From Coniocarpon cinnabarinum (taxonomy: Eukaryota), in assembly GCA_051942205.1 (NCBI GenBank), contig JAVECO010000156.1, positions 1-56,356 on the forward strand: a DNA stretch of 56,356 bases. Direction: 5' to 3'. The notes beneath the pieces were generated by a model. That model did no database searches. It was not told where the DNA came from and worked only from the letters and a program-made list of their open reading frames with translations. A program made the position numbers and the translations under genes. Positions 49,244 to 56,356 of the stretch are shown piece by piece (position 1 is the stretch's first letter; each line of letters begins with the position of its first letter).

Positions 49244-50848
49244 ATGCTGCAAGAAAATTTGGCTGAGGCTATGTCATATGACGAATTCGTGGGCCATTAC
49301 GGCCGAGACCAATGTCCCGTCCCGAAAGAGGCGTACCTGTTTCTCGCGCGCGAGCTTCAGTTGGTTCCGGGCAATCCTGAGGGGCTCCTCAGGTACACCG
49401 GCTCTCGTAAGTTCATCTCAGACTCCCTCGGATGATTTTGATCGCCGCCTCCATCACCGACACTGTATTCATGTACCTTATCACTCTCATGTTCCTCCAC
49501 TCCCATCTGCGACGTTCATTACCCCTGTGACGCGACCTGTACTAATGAAGTTGGATCAGATCCGAAATTGCGCCTCGCGCTGGCCAGGTTGACGAGTCAA
49601 TCTGATGCTTCGTATACCGGGGGCCCGTCTGGGTCTGGCGTTCAGTGGGGCACCGCTGGACCGGTCATTCAACGGGGCGCCGTTGGACCTATCAATCAGT
49701 GGGGCACCGCTGCAGCTGTCGATTCGCGGGGCACCGTCGGACCTGTCGACGAGCAAAACGCTGGGCGTAAGCGCAGACGTCAGAATGCAGACGACACGCG
49801 CAGCGCCAGTGTTTCTGTGTCTGTGGAGGCTGGTCGCGGTCAACCGTATCCTCGAGGGGACTCACGCGGACGATCTCATGTTGCATCTCGAGGGAGAGGT
49901 GGACGCTCCTCGCGAGAAGCGTCAGAACACCCGAGAATCGTTGATCACGTTGAGAGGATCTTGAGCGTGGACGTGCGTAATCCGGTGGGTCTCTACCGTG
50001 ATAGGGCTGCTGCGTTTGCAGATCTCCAGCCGTTTTATAACGTACATCAGTACTGGTACGAGCAGTGCCGATTGAATGGCTTGACGAAGTCCCAACTGTA
50101 CCGTTCCAGCAAGCTCTGCTCGAGCTCCGCCAGGCCTGGCGAATGTGGTGCGCGAGTTTGCGCGCATGCTCATGGGTTCGACTTCGTGGCGTTTGTCGCG
50201 AGCGCCGCTGTGCTGAGGCATGGCATCAACTTGGTGCGCTCCCGTCGGGGAGTGATCCTAACGCAAGAGGAACTCCACCTGGCAAGGAATCCTGCCAACC
50301 TCTCCTTTTGCATGCGTTGGGCGGTTCGTGTGGAATCGCCGCCTCCTTACGAGGGCTCTCGTCTGGAATTCCAAAGTTGCGAGGCGCGACAATATGTTGA
50401 TTCTCAACACGCGAAGCCTCGTTGTCAAGGAGCACATTCCGTGGCGCTCCTCGAAGAAGCGATGGTAGTCCAGCTGCGGCAACTGCCGGCGGCGAAAATC
50501 ACGGAACAGCATCGGAGTGCGCTGGAAACCTTTGGGATCGCCGCAGACTATGTCCCAGTCATAGAACAGGGAGCTCTGTCTGGAGCGCCCGTAGCACCAA
50601 ATCTGCCGACTCCGTCCGGAGCGCCAGTACCTCCAAATCTGCCGACTCCGCCTGCAAGTCTTGCCATCCGTCAGCAGCCGCTGTTTGAAACACCGGCAAC
50701 GTATCAGCCAGCTCTGTCTGGAGCTGTGCAGACTGAGAATCCCGCCGCGCAAGTGGAGTCTGGTCAAAGAGACCTGGGCGGAGAGAACAACACGGACGTG
50801 GATGCGTCCAAGGATGTCAATCCTCACGCTGCTCCGGCAGATTTTTAA
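49244..50848 (+). CDS. Orphan protein with NLS-like, RG-rich and CCCH zinc-finger-like motifs (intron 49407-49559)
   Basis: A GTAAGT..CTAAT..CAG intron joins ORF 49244 to ORF 49568 (YTGSH|PKLRLAL). Motifs GRKRRRQ, RGRGGR and YRSSKLC-x8-C-x4-C-x3-HG. Confidence 0.72.
49640..49747 (+). repeat. Four imperfect 27-bp coding repeats
   Basis: They encode QWGTAGPVI, QRGAVGPIN, QWGTAAAVD and SRGTVGPVD. Confidence 0.8.
50579..50650 (+). repeat. 36-bp coding duplication
   Basis: SGAPVAPNLPTP followed by SGAPVPPNLPTP. Confidence 0.85.
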
Positions 50849-51505
50849 GTCGCTGCGGCGAGCACCAACTACATAATACATGAATGGGAAATGCTCTCGA
50901 GATTTACTCGAGTGGTGACTGCACATGTGCAGTTATGATCATCTAAATGCCAACCTGTTCCATCACTTGTAAAATACGCATGCTCGCAGGATAACAATAG
51001 TCCTCAGCATTACCATCCGTAAATGTAAGCCGAGAGAAGCCCACAACATAATCAGCGATCAGCCACTGCATTTGCAAAGAAGTCTACCGTCCAATGTCCG
51101 ACAATTTCGATAAATTTTCCTGTGCCCCTACCTAACGCTCTGATGCCGCATTCACATGAGAAAAACAATTTGTGCAAGTCATTCACATCGGGTCTGTACG
51201 TTGTAGAAAGTCAGAGGTAGTAACAAGTAGATATGAATTAAACAAGTTTTGTACGGTCTCATAAATGAGACAAGATGGCCATGTTGACAGTGGCTGCTCT
51301 TGTCTGTGCTACAGCGGTCTGGTGAAGATGAAGTCGATTATGGAAATACAATATAAGAGATGACCTTCCAGCCCGCTTGCCGTTGCTTCTTCACGCCGTT
51401 TGCCCTTTTCGGGCCCAGAAACATTTACAAATCCACTGGGCACATCAAATTCGGATTGTAGGACCTCCACTCTCATTCAATTTGGGGGTCGAGACAAGCC
51501 GGCTT

Positions 51506-51788
51506 GAGCTTGTGGCAGTCTCTTCTGAGTCCATTTGGCCAGCACTGGACTATGAAATGTTTCAGGCTGTGAAATTGACCTGGAGGGTTGGGAATGGCTT
51601 GTATTCCTCACCTGAAAGCCCACGAGCAAAGTCGTTGCCACAATTCAGCCTGGCCCATGAGCCTATAAGATAAAAAGATCCCAGGTTAGAGAGTTATAAA
51701 TATAACAGCAAAAGCCCTCTACAATTTATATAGCGTAGGATTATAGTACAGCAAGTGCTCTTATCTATAGTCCTTACTACTATAAGTA
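51506..51788. repeat. Dispersed direct repeat copy B, TpA-enriched (RIP-like)
   Basis: Colinear with copy A, e.g. ATTATAGTACAGCAAGTGCTC vs ATTATGGTGCGGCAAGTGCTC. Confidence 0.8.
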
Positions 51789-51864
51789 GGTCTTATTAAA
51801 TCGTTATTAGCTCAAAGATCTGCATTCCCAGCAGGCGTTTGCTGACGCAGCGAAGAATAGGCCT

Positions 51865-52228
51865 ATGGTCGATGTTGAAAGCGGACGCGTGCTTCGTTAC
51901 GACGACTCCGTGACAGTTCACTATTTCATGGTAGCAAACAGATCTTTCTGCGTGCTTCTCGCATCGCTGCTGCCACTTCTGGCTGTGCTGGCGTTGTATT
52001 TTGTGAGGGACACACTTCAGCGCATTGGAATTGCGATCGGCTTCACCACGGTGTTCGCTGTAGCCATCATTTGCACGCGGTGTGCGTGCATCAAGGAAGT
52101 CTTAACGGCAAGCGCAACGTGAGTTTGCTGTTCATTAAATCCTGGTATCACTTCTTCTAGTGCAGCTCGTTGATCATGGTTCCAAGTTTGCGGCTGTGGA
52201 AGTTGTTTTCATTGGCAGCGTGGACTAG
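51865..52228 (+). pseudogene. 5'-truncated DUF6594-like membrane protein fragment (1 intron)
   Basis: LLPLLAVLALYFV..RIGIAIGFTTVFAVAI..KEVLTASAT|FAAVEVVFIGS resembles the C-terminal TM part of this fungal family. No upstream coding region beyond repeat copy B. Confidence 0.55.
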
Positions 52229-52240
52229 ATCAGAGCAGCA

Positions 52241-52395
52241 GTCCAGTCTGGGCAGCGAGCCTCTACGATAAGGATGTTGGGGTTCACAAAGCTATGAGTA
52301 TGATAGCGATACCTCACTGCAGCTTTTTAATCGCTGAATTGCGGTGCGGCAAGTGCTATCATTCGAAGCCCTTGTTGAGGCCCAATGGCATGTAT
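52241..52395. repeat. Dispersed direct repeat copy C (partial)
   Basis: CAGTCTGG..CGAGCCTCTACGATAAGGA and GGTGCGGCAAGTGCT at the same 100-nt spacing as in copies A and B. Confidence 0.7.
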
Positions 52396-52602
52396 ACTAG
52401 CCTTGAGCCTCAGATGTTTGGCGTTCCGTGGGTCGAGGTGTATGCGTTTCCCGCTCTTCAAATGACACCGAAAATGCTCCCGTGCTCTGAATGCCGGACA
52501 GTCAGCGCACTAAGCCCGTGGAGCTTTATTCTTGCTCGTCTTTTGAAGGTTTGTACTGTGATAAATCTGTACAAATTCGCCCCGCACACAACACATAAGT
52601 AG

Positions 52603-53565
52603 TCACAGGAAATATTCCGTCACAGCTCCTGTCCCATCTTGCTGCGCTTGCTGCTGGCTCTCTACTCGGTGTTTCTCGTTTTCAGGCGCCGCCTCAAACA
52701 CGTTAAAGTAGCGCTCTCCACTCTCGCCAACCTCGAGCACACTCGCCATGTTCCCACACCGGTAACAGTAGTTTGGCGCACTCCACACTGTACTCAGCTG
52801 GTCTTCGTACAGGACCTGATATCCTTCTTGGCACAGCTGGTGCGCCCGCAAGATATGCTCCATCCCGTTGACACCAAGAAACTTCCTCACAACCTGTGCA
52901 CCAAAAGTGTAGCCTGCGCCACGCGGACTCAGACTGAACTCATCGCGCTCGGCGTCTGGATCGCTCCAGACAAGATCCGCCATTGGGCCCTCATGCGGAA
53001 TCTCCCTGAAACGATCAATGATCTTGATCTGATCGATAGAATGTATAGACGGAGATAAGCCACCGTGGACACAGAAAATTTTATGACTGATCACGACAGA
53101 CAGTGTCAAGTAGTCAAACATGTCTGTAAAGTGATGCCATACAGTTGCTGAGCCGTACTTGCGAGCGCATTCAGTGTAAAATCCATAGGACTGAGTGACC
53201 CCGCGCGACTCATGATTGCCTCTTATGAGGTGTATGCGGCTGGGGTATCGGAGTTTGAGGCAGATGAGCAGGGTGATTGTTTCAACGCTGAAGAGACCGC
53301 GGTCAACGTAATCACCCAGGAAGAGATAATTGGTGTCCGGACAGTATCCTCCTATTCTAAAGATCTCGATAAGGTCAAAAAATTGGCCATGAATGTCGCC
53401 GACGACAGTGACAGGCGCATCAATGTGAACAACGTTGCTCTCTTTCATCAAAAGCTCTTTCGTCTTGGCGCATATTGCTTCGATCACCGACTCCGCAATG
53501 AGCTCCTTGTTGTAAAGTCTCGTAATGCATTCATCGAGATCGATCGATGGAGGCAATCCAGGCAT
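52603..53565 (-). CDS. ppg1: PP2A-like Ser/Thr phosphatase Ppg1 (intronless)
   Basis: [28 protein letters not shown] and C-terminal EYFL. N-terminus [24 protein letters not shown] is typical of Ppg1. Confidence 0.9.
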   Translation of the reverse strand: MPGLPPSIDLDECITRLYNKELIAESVIEAICAKTKELLMKESNVVHIDAPVTVVGDIHGQFFDLIEIFRIGGYCPDTNYLFLGDYVDRGLFSVETITLLICLKLRYPSRIHLIRGNHESRGVTQSYGFYTECARKYGSATVWHHFTDMFDYLTLSVVISHKIFCVHGGLSPSIHSIDQIKIIDRFREIPHEGPMADLVWSDPDAERDEFSLSPRGAGYTFGAQVVRKFLGVNGMEHILRAHQLCQEGYQVLYEDQLSTVWSAPNYCYRCGNMASVLEVGESGERYFNVFEAAPENEKHRVESQQQAQQDGTGAVTEYFL

Positions 53566-54111
53566 TGCAGGCTATCCGCGGTCGCCGGGGAAAAGTACCA
53601 GGCTGCTTCCGAGCGGAGAAGCAAAGAATGAATGAGTATCCGCTAGGTGAGAGTGGCAATTAGGGCGGGAGCCAACAAGGGGGCACCGCTAGAAGGTAGT
53701 CGAACAAGCGCCGCTGCACCGTTGGCATCTTTGGTGCATCCTAAGTGCTCAGTACTCAGAGACGAACATTTTGAAGAAAGTTATGAACCAATCTTAACTG
53801 GCTGTGGTCATGGGTGAAGAGATGAACAGAACTTTGAGCGGAATCGGTTCCGCGTGATGATTTGCCTTCCCTTTTCGGAGCATGTTTTCTTGAACTTCTT
53901 CCAAACTCTTTATTGCAGACCCCCCATACAACCATGTGGAAGTTCAGCAGCCTTTTCAAGAACGGTTTCGATCGTTGCTCTTCATAATCTAGCAACAGCG
54001 ATGTCCTTGATGATGGAACAGGCAACCCTGGCAGCGTGAACAGCTCCACATTCTACCACGTGCTTCCGCTCCTTTTCATCCCTGCCGGCTTCTCCTTCAA
54101 GAGAGTAAGCT

Positions 54112-56356
54112 ATGGCTGGAGCTTCACCATACAATCAATATCAGTATCCCATCGGACATCAACCGCATCCCTATGGCCATCAATCCTACGTACCGCACAT
54201 CCACGGACAAGCTGCCTACGACCCAAACGCGTACTATCACCAGCAGCAGTATGCACAACAGTATTCCCAACACGCTTACGCGGCTCATTCCTACGACACG
54301 AGTGCCTACACACATGGCGTAGGATCACAAAACGATCAGTATGGGACAAATTATCCTCCAGCGAAGAGACAGCGAGCGAGTTTCCAAGGGGCAGGTCGCG
54401 GGCGGGGTGGAGGCTTCCAACATGGCCAGCACCCGTACGCCACTTACCCCGGACAAGAGTATAGCCAAGGATATGCTCAAGGTTACGGACAAGGCCGTGG
54501 TCAGGGCTACAATCAAGCATACACAGGCTATGGAGGCTATCCCCACTCAGGCCCTGGGCAACAGTATCCTCATCCTTATCCTACACCACAAGCGACGGCT
54601 GGTTGGACACCTCCACAGAATGGATGGCAAGCACCACCACCGCAAGCATACCCAGGGCCCTCGTACCCGACGCAACAATATTCGCCACCTCAGCATTACC
54701 CACACCCTTCCGCGATGTCCGCACAGCCTCCGTCGCATCCAGGTCCACCTGGACCTCAGAGCTACCAGCCTCAGCATTCGATGGCTTGGCATGCTGGACA
54801 GCCACACACGACGAGCAATCAGGGTCCCCGCCCTGTACCGATTTCCGCTTCTTCGAAACAGTGGCGAAAGCCGAAAACGCCTCCAGAGCAAAAAGAAGAC
54901 GCAAGTTCAGCCAAGCCAGGTTCTATGCCTCCTCCAGATTTGACACATCGTACATCGTCCGTCGCAAGCGGGTCAACGCAACTGAAAACGCCGATGCCTG
55001 CAGCAGACCAGCCTCCGAAGGCGCAATCATCCAACCAAGCGGTCAAGGCGGTATCGAAATCCGCACCTTCTTCAAATCCATATCCGGGATTGGATTATCT
55101 TGGCGAAGACGATGATGATCATTGGTATGATGGAGATCAGGACAGTGATCAAAAGCTGAGTTTAGGTTCCATTATGTGGTACGCGCCCAAACCTGTGTCA
55201 TCTGCTCTGCCGTCAGATTATTTTGAAGCTTCAGAGCAAATAAAGCAGGAATCACCAATGGATTCGCCCTCCCCTGATATATCTCAATATGTCAAACCAG
55301 GTAATATGGAAGAGCAAATAAAATCGATCCGAAATACTGAACATTGGGTAGAAGTGAAAGATGATCCGATTTTTAGAGATCTGTCCAAAGTTGGCGCTCT
55401 CGTCCCATTCACCCAGCTCAATGGATTTCGTAGTCGAGTAGGACTCTCCCAGCAACAGCATCGGGCTCTGCAAGGTGCTCTCAACGGTGAAAGAATTGAT
55501 GGGTCGAGCTCAGCGTATGCGCTTGGCTCTGCACTGCATCAGTCACGTGTGAACGAATCCATCGCAAAAGCTGGAGAGGAGGCAAGCGCGGAAAAGTGTC
55601 AAGCTTCAAAAGAGGATGACGAAGATGATGAGCCCTATAGTCCTCCACCACCAGAACTTACTCCTGTTGTTACGCCACAACCTAAAGCCGCGAACAATCC
55701 CCATAAACGCAAATTTTCTGCTCTGGAAACAATTGTTGAAGAAGAAATCTCTCCTCAGAAGCCCTCTACCAATGGAAACATTTCGTTCGAATCCCCGAGT
55801 CAGCCGCGGCACTATCATGTGGATCCAGCAAATGTCCAAGATGTGATCTCGACGATTGAGCATCAATCAGCTGATGCCACTGATGTCATCCAAGCCCGAA
55901 TCGAAGCAATCACCAATGCGAAGCAAATTGAGGCTGACAACCAACACGCACAAGAGGCCAATATACAGGCACGTATTGAAGCCATCACCAATGGCCAAGC
56001 ATCGGCTGGAAGTCCACCACCTGTCAAACCACCTCAGAGACGGAAGAGTAGTGTTCACGAAAGTCAACAACATGCACCTCGTAGGAACAGTCTACCTCCA
56101 AAGGAGTTTGCAAGAGATCAGTCTCAAGAAGATGTCCTTGCCAAGCTTGGCGTTACTGGGGACGCGAAACCCGTCTTCACCACTCCCGCACCTGCGCGCT
56201 CTGATCCTCCTCCAGAGTATGAGCCACGCTCTCGTTCCCGCAGTCGCAGTCAAAGTCCAGTGAAGCGAAGGTCAAAGGGTGCGAATGGTATGCGGTATTT
56301 TAACAACCATCCTGGTCCCACGAGAGGGGGACACATTGTTCCTCCCCCTCCCCCTC
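54112..56356 (+). CDS. Long ORF, partial (runs off window): Q/Y/G/P-rich low-complexity N-terminus, unknown function
   Basis: ATG 54112 opens MAGASPYNQYQYPIGHQPHPYGHQ.. and continues through SLGSIMWYAPKPV, VKDDPIFRDL and QEDVLAKLGVTGDAKPV with no stop seen. This would explain its absence from the ORF track. Confidence 0.8.
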   Translation, partial: MAGASPYNQYQYPIGHQPHPYGHQSYVPHIHGQAAYDPNAYYHQQQYAQQYSQHAYAAHSYDTSAYTHGVGSQNDQYGTNYPPAKRQRASFQGAGRGRGGGFQHGQHPYATYPGQEYSQGYAQGYGQGRGQGYNQAYTGYGGYPHSGPGQQYPHPYPTPQATAGWTPPQNGWQAPPPQAYPGPSYPTQQYSPPQHYPHPSAMSAQPPSHPGPPGPQSYQPQHSMAWHAGQPHTTSNQGPRPVPISASSKQWRKPKTPPEQKEDASSAKPGSMPPPDLTHRTSSVASGSTQLKTPMPAADQPPKAQSSNQAVKAVSKSAPSSNPYPGLDYLGEDDDDHWYDGDQDSDQKLSLGSIMWYAPKPVSSALPSDYFEASEQIKQESPMDSPSPDISQYVKPGNMEEQIKSIRNTEHWVEVKDDPIFRDLSKVGALVPFTQLNGFRSRVGLSQQQHRALQGALNGERIDGSSSAYALGSALHQSRVNESIAKAGEEASAEKCQASKEDDEDDEPYSPPPPELTPVVTPQPKAANNPHKRKFSALETIVEEEISPQKPSTNGNISFESPSQPRHYHVDPANVQDVISTIEHQSADATDVIQARIEAITNAKQIEADNQHAQEANIQARIEAITNGQASAGSPPPVKPPQRRKSSVHESQQHAPRRNSLPPKEFARDQSQEDVLAKLGVTGDAKPVFTTPAPARSDPPPEYEPRSRSRSRSQSPVKRRSKGANGMRYFNNHPGPTRGGHIVPPPPP

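Noticed and set aside
44541..51788. Intact LTR retrotransposon bounded by repeats A and B
   Set aside because: No RT, RNase H or integrase motifs, PBS/PPT, TG..CA ends or TSD seen. The internal genes have introns and a third repeat copy exists.
43500..52600. Starship or DNA transposon
   Set aside because: No tyrosine-recombinase captain, DDE transposase or terminal inverted repeats are recognisable.
54036..56263. Many short ORFs in the track over the last 2.3 kb
   Set aside because: They are alternative-frame or antisense shadows of the long ORF starting at 54112.

Overview
Gene-dense chromosomal segment of a filamentous ascomycete (Pezizomycotina). Short GT-AG introns with CTRAY branch points fragment most genes in the ORF track. 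Conserved genes, left to right: DHA1 MFS transporter, Ral2-type kelch/BTB protein, 1-Cys peroxiredoxin, SDR, acetamidase-type amidase, Nog2 GTPase, probable mitoribosomal mS26, But2-domain secreted protein, ferritin-like (Rds1-type) protein, Gpi17/PIG-S, secreted amidase, Fat1/FATP, Spc105/KNL1, Rps11, Mak31/Naa38, Ppz, Ppg1, and a long Q/Y/G/P-rich ORF running off the end. The long nog2 intron hosts a complete H/ACA snoRNA (snR191/U19 type). Lineage-specific content includes a PD-(D/E)xK-like gene, an R-S-E ADP-ribosyltransferase-like gene, and a Cys-rich secreted orphan whose start codon is split by an intron. A ~9 kb accessory island (about 43.5-52.6 kb) lies between the two phosphatase genes. 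It holds three colinear copies of a TATA-containing repeat (one with RIP-like changes), pseudogene fragments, an orphan gene interrupted by four abutting ~75-nt GT...AG units, and an orphan CCCH zinc-finger/RGG gene. Family assignments come from recognised motifs; no database searches were run.
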